A DNA stretch of 64,000 nucleotides from Gemmatimonadaceae bacterium (GCA_051859245.1 JBHYGA010000004.1:352001-416000); one strand, 5' to 3'; shown: positions 21,464 to 31,437, counted from the stretch's first letter. Notes: generated by a model from the letters alone, not told the origin. Program-made: numbers and translations.

Positions 21464-23743
21464 ATGACTCCCCGCGTATCGCATCACATAACGCGCCTCG
21501 CCGCGATCCTCGCCCTTGGTGTCCTGGCCGCGCTGCCCGCCACGGCAGTCGCGCAGCAAACTGCCACCGTCCCCACCATCGCCCCGTGGATGTCTCCCGC
21601 ATCCCCGCTGACGCTGGTCTCCGCCCGAAAGACCGACCGCGTTGCGTTCATGGTGTACGACCGCGGCCTGCGCAACGTCTACACCGCCGCAGCGCCCGCT
21701 TTCACGCCGCGTCGCCTGACGAACTTCTTGAAGGACGACGGCATCGACCTCACCGACGTCAACATCTCAGACGACGGCAGCCTCATTGTATTCGTGCGCG
21801 GCTCGGCGCCCAACCGCTGGGGTTGGGTGGCCAACCCGAATCACGATCCGCAAGGCGCCGAGCGTGCGATCTGGGCGGTGCGCAGCAGTGGCGGTGCGCC
21901 GTGGCGCGTGGCCGAGGGCGCGGGTCCGGTGTTGTCTCCCGACGGACGTTTTGTGCTCTTCACACGTGATGGACAGATCTATCGCGCGCGCGTGGCGCGT
22001 ACCGGCCCGGTCGGTGCGATGGACACCGGCGGTGTGCCACTCATCAAGTTGTGGGGACGCAACGAAACGCCGCGCTGGTCGCCCGACGGTAGGCGCATTG
22101 CGTTTGTGAGTCAGCGCGAACATCACTCGTACGTGGTGGTGTACGACGTGGCCACGCGCAGCGTGCAATACGTCGCGCCGGGTGTGGATTGTGATGGCAC
22201 GCCGGTGTGGTCACCCGACAGTCGTTACATCGCGTTCTCGCGCAGGCCCGGCACGCCGTTCGGACAACAACTGCGCGTACCACCTGGCAACGGCAATCCG
22301 TTCGGTGGATGCGGTGGTGGCGCACCCGCGTCAACATCCGTCACGGCAGGACAAAACAATCTTGTGCGATCACCGGGATTCTTTACCTCGCAACTGCCCG
22401 GTGGTTACCGACTCGCGCTCATGGTCGCCGATGTTGGCAGCGCAAAAAACATTTCGTCACCGCTCGTGTCGGCACAAATCCCCGCAAAAGAAGTGTGGCA
22501 CAACGCGGTGGACGAGCGCGTGATCACCACGCTCAACGGTATGACGTGGGCCGGCGATCACATTGCATTTCCAGTGAACATTCCGGGTGACGAGTACGAA
22601 CGCTGGTACGCGATTCCCGCTACCGGCGGGGACACCGTGCGTCTTACCACCACCAACGGATTGATCGAAGACGCAACGTCCGTTGCGTGGTCGCGCGACG
22701 GTGGACGCACCATGTTCTACACCACCAATGCGGGCGACATTGAACGTCGTCATATCTGGAGTGTGCCGAGTGGTGGTGGCACGCCGGTGCAGCTCACCAA
22801 AGGCGACGGTGTGGAGACATATCCGCAGCCGCTCGCGAGTGGCAAACATGTGGCCGTGCTCGCATTCGGTGCTCGCACGCCTGCATCCGTTGCCCTCGTC
22901 CCAACAACCGGCGGCGAGCCGCGCATCATCTTCCCCACGCTCGGCGCGGACTTTCCCAAAGAGAAACATGTCGTGCCGCAGATCATCACCACCAAAGCAT
23001 CAGACGGACTCGAGATCAGCAATCAGTTGTTCTTGCCAAAAGACATGAAGCCCGGCGAGAAACGTCCGGCGATTGTGTTTGTGCACGGCGGTCCGCGGCG
23101 GCAAATGCTGCCCGCGTATCACTACATGCAGTTCTATCACTGGTCGTACGCCGCGAATCAGTGGCTGGCCGATCTGGGGTATGTGGTGCTGAGTGTGAAC
23201 TACCGCCGTGGCGTGGGCTACGGCAAGAGTTTTCGCGATGCACCAGGCGCACGCGCGGCGGGCAACAGTGAGTATCTCGATGTGCTCGCCGGTGCGCGGT
23301 ACTTGCAGCAGCACGCCAATGTAGACACCACCCGCATTGGCATCTGGGGATTGTCGTACGGTGGCCTGCTCGCGTCACAGGCACTCGCGCGCAACAGCGA
23401 CATCTTTGTGGCCGGCGTGGACATGGCCGGTGTGCATCAGTACGACTATGTGCTCGACTCTACAAGCCTCGCGTTCAAGTCGTCGGCGATTGGTGCAATT
23501 GATGGCTGGAAGAGCCCTGTGTTTCTTGTGCACGGTGATGATGATCGCAACGTGGACTTTGCGCAGACGGTCGGCCTCGTGCAGTTATTGCGCGCGCGCA
23601 ATGTATATCATGAGCTCATGGTGGTGCCGGACGATTTGCACGAGAGCATGCTACATGCGAACTGGATTGATACGTTCGATCGCATGGGTGCGTTTCTCAA
23701 GCGGTTTGTGTGGAATCGGGAGGCCGTGCCCAAGGCGCCGTAG
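21464..23743 (+). CDS. Secreted S9 (prolyl oligopeptidase family) peptidase with PD40 repeats
   Basis: Signal peptide; WSPDG repeats; VHGGP, GLSYGG nucleophile, HGDDDRNV, DDLHE. Confidence 0.92.
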   Translation: MTPRVSHHITRLAAILALGVLAALPATAVAQQTATVPTIAPWMSPASPLTLVSARKTDRVAFMVYDRGLRNVYTAAAPAFTPRRLTNFLKDDGIDLTDVNISDDGSLIVFVRGSAPNRWGWVANPNHDPQGAERAIWAVRSSGGAPWRVAEGAGPVLSPDGRFVLFTRDGQIYRARVARTGPVGAMDTGGVPLIKLWGRNETPRWSPDGRRIAFVSQREHHSYVVVYDVATRSVQYVAPGVDCDGTPVWSPDSRYIAFSRRPGTPFGQQLRVPPGNGNPFGGCGGGAPASTSVTAGQNNLVRSPGFFTSQLPGGYRLALMVADVGSAKNISSPLVSAQIPAKEVWHNAVDERVITTLNGMTWAGDHIAFPVNIPGDEYERWYAIPATGGDTVRLTTTNGLIEDATSVAWSRDGGRTMFYTTNAGDIERRHIWSVPSGGGTPVQLTKGDGVETYPQPLASGKHVAVLAFGARTPASVALVPTTGGEPRIIFPTLGADFPKEKHVVPQIITTKASDGLEISNQLFLPKDMKPGEKRPAIVFVHGGPRRQMLPAYHYMQFYHWSYAANQWLADLGYVVLSVNYRRGVGYGKSFRDAPGARAAGNSEYLDVLAGARYLQQHANVDTTRIGIWGLSYGGLLASQALARNSDIFVAGVDMAGVHQYDYVLDSTSLAFKSSAIGAIDGWKSPVFLVHGDDDRNVDFAQTVGLVQLLRARNVYHELMVVPDDLHESMLHANWIDTFDRMGAFLKRFVWNREAVPKAP

Positions 23744-23758
23744 CGTCACACGCCCGCC

Positions 23759-24319
23759 CTATCGAACGACATCGTAGATAGATTTCACGATACCATTGCT
23801 GTACGCCTCGTGCTCAACAAGCGCGAGATTCGCGTAACTGTCGGTCGTGTGGTCGAAGAGTCGCTTGCCTGCGCCGAGGGTGACGGGAAAGGTGAGGAGG
23901 TGATAGCGGTCTACAAGCCCTGCGGCCGCAAGGCCGCGTGCGAGTGCGCCGCTGCCATGTACGAGAATCGTACCAGGCGCGTTGATGGACTTGAGCGTTG
24001 CGACGTCATCCAGAGAACGCAGTACGGTGGTGTTGCTCCACTCCGGATTACTCAGCGTTGACGAGACTACGAACTTCGGCATTGCATTGTACTCCGCGAA
24101 CTCTTCCATCGTTGGCCAGACTGGTGCGAACTCGTCGTAGCTCACACGTCCGAACAGCAAGGCACCGGCCTCTGCCTGTTCTCGACCTTTGATTTCGTAG
24201 GCCGCCTCGACAAACGGGATGTTCTTGAATGTCCAGCCCGCGTGTGGATGTGTGCCTCCACCGGGCGCCTCCATTACGCCGTCGAGGGACAGAAAAGTTG
24301 TGACAATCAGTGTGCGCAT
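23759..24319 (-). CDS. Dihydrofolate reductase/RibD C-terminal family protein
   Basis: FLSLDGVMEAPG, LLFGRVSY, PKFVVSSTL, VHGSG, GAGKRLF; RBS GGAGG. Confidence 0.92.
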   Translation of the reverse strand: MRTLIVTTFLSLDGVMEAPGGGTHPHAGWTFKNIPFVEAAYEIKGREQAEAGALLFGRVSYDEFAPVWPTMEEFAEYNAMPKFVVSSTLSNPEWSNTTVLRSLDDVATLKSINAPGTILVHGSGALARGLAAAGLVDRYHLLTFPVTLGAGKRLFDHTTDSYANLALVEHEAYSNGIVKSIYDVVR

Positions 24320-24356
24320 GCTTCCTCCAAGGGTGATGTACAGGTTCTGTAGTGTT

Positions 24357-24383
24357 GTCGATTGCGATGTCAAGAAATCGACA
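24357..24383 (-). promoter_or_regulatory. Putative ECF42-type promoter TGTCGA-N17-CGAC
   Basis: Minus strand TGTCGA tttcttgacatcgcaat CGAC, upstream of the DHFR-family gene; same geometry as 28170-28196. Confidence 0.6.
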
Positions 24384-24561
24384 GGGTCATCATCGCTGCA
24401 ATCGTGAGGCGACAGCCCTGACGCACGCCCGGAGCATTTGCCTTACAACCATGCGGATCGTATGGTTCGCCAGATACGGAGTTCGCTTGACCCAGCGCTC
24501 GCACCGATTCGCAAGTTCAGTATTATCGGTGCTTTGGTAGACGTAACTCACCTGACGAACC

Positions 24562-25329
24562 ATGAAATCGCGTGCCCCGCTCGTTTCGGCGATACTCGCT
24601 GCCACGCTCTCAACAACGTTGATGTGCGCGCTGCTCACTCCTCACATTTCTGCACAATCAGCAACCGCCTGGCCCCAGCACTCACGCGAGCGTCCCGCAC
24701 CACCCGTTCAACGCGCGCCCGCACTAACCGCGCCTGTCGCACCACCCGCGAACGCCACCGTGCTCTCGCTCGCGGCGTTCCACTCCGGCGGCAATCCCGC
24801 ACCGTGGCGTGCACTGCCCGACGGCAGTTTTGAAGTGGTGCCAGGGTCTGGCGGCATCGAAACACGCGAGTCGTTTGGCGACGTGTATCTGCATGTGGAG
24901 TGGAGCACGGCAAATCCGCCCGTGGGTACGGATCAGAACCGCAGCAACAGCGGCGTGTTTCTGATGCGTCAATACGAAGTGCAGGTGCTCGACTCGTACA
25001 ACAATCCCACGTACCCCGACGGACAAGCGGGTGCGATTTATGGCCAGTATCCGCCGATGGTGAACGTGACGGCGCCGCCCGGCGAGTGGAACAGCTTTGA
25101 CATTGAGTTTCGCGCGCCGCGTTTTGCACCCGATGGTTCACTGCGCGATTCGGCTCGCATGATGGTGCGACACAACGGTGTGCTCATTCACAACAATCGC
25201 GCGCTGATGGGCCCCACATCACACACGGTGCGCGCGCCGTACGACGCACACGAAAGCGCACTTCCGATTGCATTGCAGGATCACAATGAACGCGTGCGCT
25301 TTCGTAACATCTGGGTGCGTCCGCTCTGA
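24562..25329 (+). CDS. Secreted DUF1080 (3-keto-disaccharide hydrolase-like) protein
   Basis: FGDVYLHVEW, NSGVFL, YEVQVLDS, GAIYGQ, LQDH..RVRFRNIW. Confidence 0.92.
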   Translation: MKSRAPLVSAILAATLSTTLMCALLTPHISAQSATAWPQHSRERPAPPVQRAPALTAPVAPPANATVLSLAAFHSGGNPAPWRALPDGSFEVVPGSGGIETRESFGDVYLHVEWSTANPPVGTDQNRSNSGVFLMRQYEVQVLDSYNNPTYPDGQAGAIYGQYPPMVNVTAPPGEWNSFDIEFRAPRFAPDGSLRDSARMMVRHNGVLIHNNRALMGPTSHTVRAPYDAHESALPIALQDHNERVRFRNIWVRPL

Positions 25330-25330
25330 G

Positions 25331-26305
25331 CTACGCGGCAAGCACCTCGCGCTCAAGTCTCGCGTAACTCGCTTCCATGCCGGTTGTCATGCCCGTACCA
25401 AGAATCATGTCGCGCAATTCTTTGGTGGGATACGTGATGAGCAGGCTCACGAGCGTGCCTTCGTGCAGCGGTGTCAGCGTGAGTTGATTGTGTACCGCGG
25501 GACCATCCGTGCCAATCATCTGCTCGGTAGTTACAGCGCGATACGGCGCGTCGATTTCCAGCAGCTCCCCTTCAAAACCAAAGCGCTGCGCGCCGTCGGC
25601 CGATTCCCATTCGTAGCGATAGCGCTCGCCAACGTTGAGCGCGATCTCGCACACGGGCATGGACCATCCGTCAGGTCCGGTGAGCCAACGCTGCATCAGC
25701 TTGGGTTCGTGATGCGCGCGCCAAACCTCCGCCGCGCTTCCACGAATCACTCGGCTCACACGCACCTGCGTGTCGCTCAGTAACTGTGCGTCGGTCGCGA
25801 GGCTCGACGCAAACGACTTGAGGTCAGCCAATACCGCGTCGATCTGACCCATGGCCGACTTCATGCCTTCCATCATGCCCATGCCTACCAGTTGCTCCAT
25901 CGCTTCCACGCTGGGGAACGTGGTCACCGTAGTCTGGCGTGAGCCGGTCGACGTCGACTCGAAGTTGAAGACCATGTGCATGGTTGGCATACCTTCGGCC
26001 GGCGCGTCGGCGCTGTCGCCGAACCCGTCTTCTACTTCAAAACGCTTCATCGGCTCAACCGAGAGGAAGCGGAACCAGCCGCCAGCCTTCGTGCCATCGG
26101 GACCGGTCATGACGTAGTGCGACTGCCCGCCTTCGGCCATGTCATGCCGCGTGAACGTGGCCGGCCACTGTTCGGGGCCCCAGAATCGCTCGAGTTGTCG
26201 TGGATCGGCGTAAGCGTCCCAGAGTCGCTCGACGGGGACGGGGTAGTCGGCGACCACGGTCATCGTGAGGTGGTGCGGGTCTGACGAGATGTGCGTGATG
26301 GGCAT
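25331..26305 (-). CDS. Tandem SRPBCC/AHSA1 domain protein
   Basis: Two AHSA1-like units (LWDAYADP..LERFWGP; VWRAHHEP.LMQRWLTGPDGW). Confidence 0.9.
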   Translation of the reverse strand: MPITHISSDPHHLTMTVVADYPVPVERLWDAYADPRQLERFWGPEQWPATFTRHDMAEGGQSHYVMTGPDGTKAGGWFRFLSVEPMKRFEVEDGFGDSADAPAEGMPTMHMVFNFESTSTGSRQTTVTTFPSVEAMEQLVGMGMMEGMKSAMGQIDAVLADLKSFASSLATDAQLLSDTQVRVSRVIRGSAAEVWRAHHEPKLMQRWLTGPDGWSMPVCEIALNVGERYRYEWESADGAQRFGFEGELLEIDAPYRAVTTEQMIGTDGPAVHNQLTLTPLHEGTLVSLLITYPTKELRDMILGTGMTTGMEASYARLEREVLAA

Positions 26306-26307
26306 GA

Positions 26308-26673
26308 CTACTCCTTGGGCGGACGGGGTTCGGCGAGCAATGCGTCGAGCTGACGGATGCGAGAGACCCAGTGCTGCTCGAGCTGCTGCAGCAGCGCGCG
26401 TGCCTGGGCGAGACGTTCGGGATTACCGCGCACGATGCGTTCTCGCCCCTGCGCCTGTTTGCTCACCAGACCGGCGTCTTCCAGCACGGCGACGTGCTTT
26501 TGCACGGCCGCAAACGACATGTCATAGCGCGAGGCGAGCGTCGATACAGAGGCCGGTTCGTCGGCGAACAATCGCGCCACAATGTCGCGACGGGTGGCGT
26601 CGGCAAGCGCGCGAAAAAGCCGGTCCGTTTCGGCGTCGGAGAGAGAAGCACGTACAACCATATGGTTGTACAT
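26308..26673 (-). CDS. ArsR/SmtB family transcriptional regulator
   Basis: LFRALADATRRDI...SFAAVQKHVAVLEDAGLV....GRER; start may be 26661 or 26673. Confidence 0.92.
   Translation of the reverse strand: MYNHMVVRASLSDAETDRLFRALADATRRDIVARLFADEPASVSTLASRYDMSFAAVQKHVAVLEDAGLVSKQAQGRERIVRGNPERLAQARALLQQLEQHWVSRIRQLDALLAEPRPPKE
26652..26671. promoter_or_regulatory. Perfect 20-bp palindrome, probable ArsR operator
   Basis: GTACAACCATATGGTTGTAC overlapping the 5' end of the ArsR gene. Confidence 0.75.
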
Positions 26674-26726
26674 TAGCAATCACCGTTCTGGTGCGCAAGG
26701 GCGAATGCGGGCTATAGGTTGTGAGT

Positions 26727-27446
26727 ATGACCTTCACCAACGCCTACGCCGACAACGCGCGCGCCGAAGCGTACGCGCGCCTTGAGTTTCCGGGCACGTA
26801 CTATCTCGCGTATCGTGATCTGCCATCGATCATTGGCGAGGCCGCACCCGGCGCCACCGCACTCGACTTTGGTTGCGGCGCCGGACGTTCCTCACGCTTT
26901 CTCCGCAAACTCGGTTACACCGTGACTGGTGTTGACATCTCCGCCGAGATGCTGTCGCACGCGCGTCGCATCGATCCGGATGGCGACTACCGTCAACTGC
27001 CCGACGGAAGTCTCGACGCACTCGGAGACGCGCAGTACGACGTGGTCTTTGCGTCGTTCACGTTCGACAACATTCCCGGTTGGGATCACCGCGTTGGCTT
27101 GTTCCGCGCGTTCGCTGAACGCCTGCGTCCCAACGGACGTGTGATCAATCTCGCGAGTGCACCCGAGATGTATCAACACGAATGGCTGTCATTCTCCACA
27201 CGTCAATTCGAAGAGAACCGCACCGCACGTACAGGCGACATTGTGCGCACGATCATGCTCGACGGCAGCGACCAGCGTCCGATTGATGATGTGTACTGGA
27301 TCGAAGATGATTACCTGGAGCTGTACCGTCGTGCGGGGCTGACGGTGAAGAATATTCACCGTCCGCTCGGCACGGCGGCAGACAACCAGCCGTGGGTCAA
27401 CGAAGAGCGCGTGTCACCGTGGAGTATCTATGAGCTTGCTCGTTAA
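26727..27446 (+). CDS. Class I SAM-dependent methyltransferase
   Basis: ALDFGCGAG, TGVDIS.EML, LRPNG. Confidence 0.9.
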   Translation: MTFTNAYADNARAEAYARLEFPGTYYLAYRDLPSIIGEAAPGATALDFGCGAGRSSRFLRKLGYTVTGVDISAEMLSHARRIDPDGDYRQLPDGSLDALGDAQYDVVFASFTFDNIPGWDHRVGLFRAFAERLRPNGRVINLASAPEMYQHEWLSFSTRQFEENRTARTGDIVRTIMLDGSDQRPIDDVYWIEDDYLELYRRAGLTVKNIHRPLGTAADNQPWVNEERVSPWSIYELAR

Positions 27447-28134
27447 CAAATTGAGTGCGCGAACTCTTCGGCAATGTGTTCGCCTTGTGTTGGTGTCCAC
27501 GGCAATAGGGCTTATCGTGGCTCCAGCGGCTCACGCGTGCTCACTCGTGTCACCGTGGGAAATCCGACGCGCCAGTCGCCTTGAGTTCATGGGCACGCCG
27601 CTTCCCGACACAGTACTCGCCGGCGCCGGCTCGCGCACGTTCTCCGAACAGGCGGGTCACTTCGGACCCGGCACGGCGCGCACTATTTACGGACAACGGG
27701 TGAGCGTTGATCGCCTCGGAGCGCGTGCGCGGCGCGCACTCCCGGCTGGTGTACGCGAAGTCGTGCTTGTGCCGTGGGACTACGGAGCTGACTGCCGACC
27801 GGTGCCATGGAGTCGCAGTGCACGTTGGTTGCCCGACACGCGCAGCGGATTGTTCGCCGCGCAACTACGACCACGTGAACACTGGGCCGGCAACGTGCCC
27901 ACGTTTGACATCACACCATTCATGCAGCCGTACTACGACCCGTCGCCGGACTCAACGGTTCGCGACTGGCTGCCACGTCCCCGCGTGCGTGCTGAGCGAT
28001 TGCTCCGCATGTTCGATGAACTGTGGTCGCTCGGTGCAACGCTCGACTCCGGGCAAGTACGACGGTGGACCGCTCGTGCGAGCGCGGACACTTCGCTCGC
28101 TGATAAGTGGCCCGTCACCATGTTCAGGCACTGA
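27430..28134 (+). CDS. Hypothetical secreted protein
   Basis: Signal-like ...IVAPAAHA-CS; VVLVPWDYGADC; no family recognised. Confidence 0.55.
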   Translation: MSLLVNKLSARTLRQCVRLVLVSTAIGLIVAPAAHACSLVSPWEIRRASRLEFMGTPLPDTVLAGAGSRTFSEQAGHFGPGTARTIYGQRVSVDRLGARARRALPAGVREVVLVPWDYGADCRPVPWSRSARWLPDTRSGLFAAQLRPREHWAGNVPTFDITPFMQPYYDPSPDSTVRDWLPRPRVRAERLLRMFDELWSLGATLDSGQVRRWTARASADTSLADKWPVTMFRH

Positions 28135-28169
28135 AATCCGCAGGCACTCTGTCGAATTCCTTGCCTTCG

Positions 28170-28196
28170 TGTCGAGAATGAAGCGCCTTTTCCGTC
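28170..28196 (+). promoter_or_regulatory. Putative ECF42-type promoter TGTCGA-N17-CGTC
   Basis: Directly upstream of the YciI-ECF operon; a second TGTCGA lies at 28150-28155. Confidence 0.65.
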
Positions 28197-28244
28197 ATTC
28201 AGATACCCAGCTACACCACTTGCTCTGAACACGGAGAAACCACC

Positions 28245-28619
28245 ATGCGCTACGCCCTGCTCGTCCACTACCCGCAGCCCGCCGTTTCCACGCTCACCAA
28301 AGAAGAAATCGCCGAAGGCATGTCGGCATTTCACGCCTACGCCAAAGCGCTCGACGATGCAGGCGTGCTGCGCTCAGCGGAGGTGCTGCAAACCATCGCC
28401 AGTGCCACGAGTCTGTCTGTCAAACAAGGAACGCTGCAGGTACAGGACGGCCCGTTCGCCGAAACCAAGGAAGCGTTCGCCGGCATTTTCATGATCGACG
28501 TTGACGATCTTGATGCGGCGCTGGCGTGGGCCGAACGCTGTCCGGCGGCGCAGTGGGGCACGATTGAGATTCGCCCCTCGGCGGTGCGTTTTGTGGACGG
28601 TGGATGGACCAACGCGTGA
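28245..28619 (+). CDS. YciI/DGPF family protein
   Basis: DGPFAETKE motif, GTIEIRP. Confidence 0.93.
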   Translation: MRYALLVHYPQPAVSTLTKEEIAEGMSAFHAYAKALDDAGVLRSAEVLQTIASATSLSVKQGTLQVQDGPFAETKEAFAGIFMIDVDDLDAALAWAERCPAAQWGTIEIRPSAVRFVDGGWTNA

Positions 28620-28649
28620 TCGCGCGGCACGTCAACGCACTGCATTCGC

Positions 28650-29900
28650 ATGATGACTGATCCCGCGTTGCGCGCCGAGGAGTTGGCGCGCAGCGCGTAC
28701 GGTCGCTTGCTCGCGATTCTTGCGTCGCGTGACGGCGACATCGAAGCCGCGGAAGATTTTTTGTCAGACGCCTTCGCGCAAGCGCTACAGACATGGCCAC
28801 GCACCGGCATTCCCGACAACCCGGAAGCCTGGCTACTCGCTGTCGCGCGCAATCGGCGCAGTGATGTACAACGTTCTGCAGCGCATCGACTGAACGATCC
28901 GATTGACGACGTCGCGCTCGGCAGCGAGCTGCCAATCGTGCTGCCGTCCGATCCGGCAGAGCTCCCTGATCGACGACTGGCGTTGCTTTTCGTGTGCGCA
29001 CATCCCGCAATCGATCCGGCGGCTCGCACTCCGCTCATGCTGCAAGCGGTGCTTGGTTTTGGCGCCGAGCAGATTGCGCATGCGTTCGCCATGCAAACGT
29101 CAACGATGGCGCAACGACTCGTGCGCGCCAAACGCCGAATTCGTGATGCACGCATTCCGTTTGTTGTGCCGGAGCGCGAGAGGCTTGCTGAGCGTCTCAC
29201 ACCAGTGCTTGAAGCAATCTACGGTGCGTTTGCAATTGATTTTCCGCTCGTGGCCGGCACGGAACAACGCGAGTCGCTGGCCGAGGAATCGCACTATCTC
29301 GCGACAACGCTCGCTGAGTTGCTGCCCGATGAACCTGAAGTGCTTGGATTAGCAGCGCTCATTTCACTCTCACTGGCACGACAATCCGCGCGTGGCGATG
29401 CCGACACATTCGTTCCGCTCGACGAACAGGATACGTCAAAGTGGGACACCGAACGCATTGCAGTTGGTGAGCGCTGCTTGCATCGCGCGAATGCACAAAG
29501 TCGGCCCGGTCGTTTTCAGATTGAAGCAGCGATTCAGTCGGTACACTGCGCGCGAGCAACGTCCGGCGTGACCGACTGGCGCGCACTGCGAACGCTGTAC
29601 CATGCGCTGCTCACGTTTGCACCAACGCTCGGCGCACGCGTTGCACTCGCCGCCGCGATTGGACGCGTGGACGGCGCAATCGCTGGCCTTGCCAATCTCG
29701 ATGCTATAGCCGAGCCCTCGGTGCAGCGATTTCAGCCGGCGTGGGCCACCCGTGCGCACTTGCTGCAGGCGGCCGGACACGCGGACGAGGCGGCGCAGGC
29801 GTTCGACCGGGCAATCGCGCTGACTACCGATCTGCGGTCGCGCCGCTACCTCGAGCGGCGCCGGGCCGGTCTCAGACCGTCGCATCCTGACGTACTCTGA
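28650..29900 (+). CDS. ECF42-type sigma factor with C-terminal TPR extension
   Basis: AEDFLSDAF, GIPDNPEAWLL, LLFVCAHPAI, MAQRLVRAK, FQIEAAIQSVH, TDW; DGPF gene upstream. Confidence 0.9.
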   Translation: MMTDPALRAEELARSAYGRLLAILASRDGDIEAAEDFLSDAFAQALQTWPRTGIPDNPEAWLLAVARNRRSDVQRSAAHRLNDPIDDVALGSELPIVLPSDPAELPDRRLALLFVCAHPAIDPAARTPLMLQAVLGFGAEQIAHAFAMQTSTMAQRLVRAKRRIRDARIPFVVPERERLAERLTPVLEAIYGAFAIDFPLVAGTEQRESLAEESHYLATTLAELLPDEPEVLGLAALISLSLARQSARGDADTFVPLDEQDTSKWDTERIAVGERCLHRANAQSRPGRFQIEAAIQSVHCARATSGVTDWRALRTLYHALLTFAPTLGARVALAAAIGRVDGAIAGLANLDAIAEPSVQRFQPAWATRAHLLQAAGHADEAAQAFDRAIALTTDLRSRRYLERRRAGLRPSHPDVL

Positions 29901-29937
29901 GCGCACGAACACCCCAAGCGGAGCTAACGAACGATGC

Positions 29938-29966
29938 TTGACAAATATATTTGTCAAAGCTAGGAT
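29938..29966 (+). promoter_or_regulatory. Sigma70 promoter overlapped by a perfect 20-bp operator palindrome
   Basis: TTGACA-N17-TAGGAT; TTGACAAATATATTTGTCAA at 29938-29957; ATG 6 nt after the -10 box. Confidence 0.8.
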
Positions 29967-29972
29967 CTGCGC

Positions 29973-30581
29973 ATGCTCGACATCCACGTCATCGACGACC
30001 CGGCCGCGGCCACCGTGGCGCTAGAACCGATCCGCAGCCGACTGCTCGCGCAAATGGCCCACCCCGCCTCGGCCGCGACGCTCGCCACCCGCTCCGGCCT
30101 GACGCGACAAAAGGTCAACTACCACTTGAACGCGCTTGAAGCGCACGGGTTAGTGCGGCTGGCTGAGCAGCGAAAGTGGGGTGGCATTACCGAACGGCTG
30201 ATGGTGGCCACCGCGTCCTCGTACGTGGTATCGCCGAGTGCACTAGGCCCCGTAGCCGTGGACCCGGACCGCGAGGTCGACCGGCTCTCGGCCAGCTACG
30301 TGATTGCCCTGGGCGCGCGGCTTATTCGGGAGGTCGGCGCCCTCGTGAAGCGCGCGACGGAGACTGGCAAACGGCTCGCCACGCTGTCGATCGACACCGA
30401 GGTGCACTTCAGAACCTCCGAAGACAGGGCAGCCTTCACCGCAGAATTAACAGACACAATCGGAACACTTATAGCAAAGTATCACGACACATTAGCACCT
30501 GGCGGCAGAGCGCACCGGTTGGTAATTGTCGCCCACCCACTCCCTCAGCCTGCCGAGTGCAAGGAGCCCGTATGCCAGTGA
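29973..30581 (+). CDS. ArsR-like HTH transcriptional regulator
   Basis: LEPIRSRLLA...SAATLA...RQKVNYHLNALE..GLV. Confidence 0.9.
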   Translation: MLDIHVIDDPAAATVALEPIRSRLLAQMAHPASAATLATRSGLTRQKVNYHLNALEAHGLVRLAEQRKWGGITERLMVATASSYVVSPSALGPVAVDPDREVDRLSASYVIALGARLIREVGALVKRATETGKRLATLSIDTEVHFRTSEDRAAFTAELTDTIGTLIAKYHDTLAPGGRAHRLVIVAHPLPQPAECKEPVCQ

Positions 30582-31393
30582 AAAAGGAAGCCACCGGTCG
30601 CCGTTCCGTCGAGATCGAGATCGAGGTGCCCGGCACGCCCGAACACGTCTGGCAGACCATTGCGACCGGGCCCGGCATTTCGGCGTGGTTCGTGCCGGCG
30701 GAGTTCGAGGCGGGAGAAGACGGGAAACCCGCCGCGCTGACCTTGGATTTTGGCCCCGCCATGGACTCAAGGTCAGTGGTCACGGCTTGGGATCCACCGC
30801 GACTCTTCGCCCGCGAAGGCGCCGGTTGGGTACCTGGTTCTCCACCGATTGCCACGGAGTTCAGCGTGGAAGCGAAATCGGGCGATGTCTGTGTGATCCG
30901 CATAGTACAGAGTCTGTTCGCCAGCACCGACGACTGGGACGGACAGCTCACCGGCGCCGAAGAAGGCTGGCCGGGGATCGCCCGCGTGCTGCGGCTGTAT
31001 CTCACGCACTTCCGCGGCTTTCACTCGGCCATCATGCGCATCATGGTGCCCGTGCCCGGCTCGGCACGCGAAGCTTGGGCGGCGCTCACGTCAGCGCTGG
31101 GCCTGAACGGCGTGCCCGCTGGGGAGCGTTGGACCGCTCCTCGCGGCGCGCCCGAGCTCGGCGGAGTGGTCGAACACGTCGATGACAACCCATACGGTGT
31201 GCTGCTGCGGCTCGACACGCCCGGTCCGGGCACCGGCGCATTTGGCACCATCGAGTTTGGCGACATGGTGATGGCGACGATGACGCTCTACATGTACGGC
31301 GATCAGGCCGACGAGCACGTGGCGCGCGAAACGTCGCGGTGGCAAACTTGGATTCAGGGGCAGTTCGCCATGTCAACCGAAGGGGAACGATGA
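30572..31393 (+). CDS. SRPBCC domain protein
   Basis: EVPGTPEHVWQTIATGPGISAWF, VTAWDPP; RBS AAGGAG. Confidence 0.88.
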   Translation: MPVKKEATGRRSVEIEIEVPGTPEHVWQTIATGPGISAWFVPAEFEAGEDGKPAALTLDFGPAMDSRSVVTAWDPPRLFAREGAGWVPGSPPIATEFSVEAKSGDVCVIRIVQSLFASTDDWDGQLTGAEEGWPGIARVLRLYLTHFRGFHSAIMRIMVPVPGSAREAWAALTSALGLNGVPAGERWTAPRGAPELGGVVEHVDDNPYGVLLRLDTPGPGTGAFGTIEFGDMVMATMTLYMYGDQADEHVARETSRWQTWIQGQFAMSTEGER

Positions 31394-31437
31394 TGTCGCC
31401 ACAGAACGCCGGGTGTGCGTTGTTCGTCCGGATGTAA

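Noticed and set aside
24501..24532. GCACCGAT-N16-ATCGGTGC inverted repeat upstream of the DUF1080 gene
   Set aside because: Short arms, single occurrence and no cognate regulator identified; could be chance.
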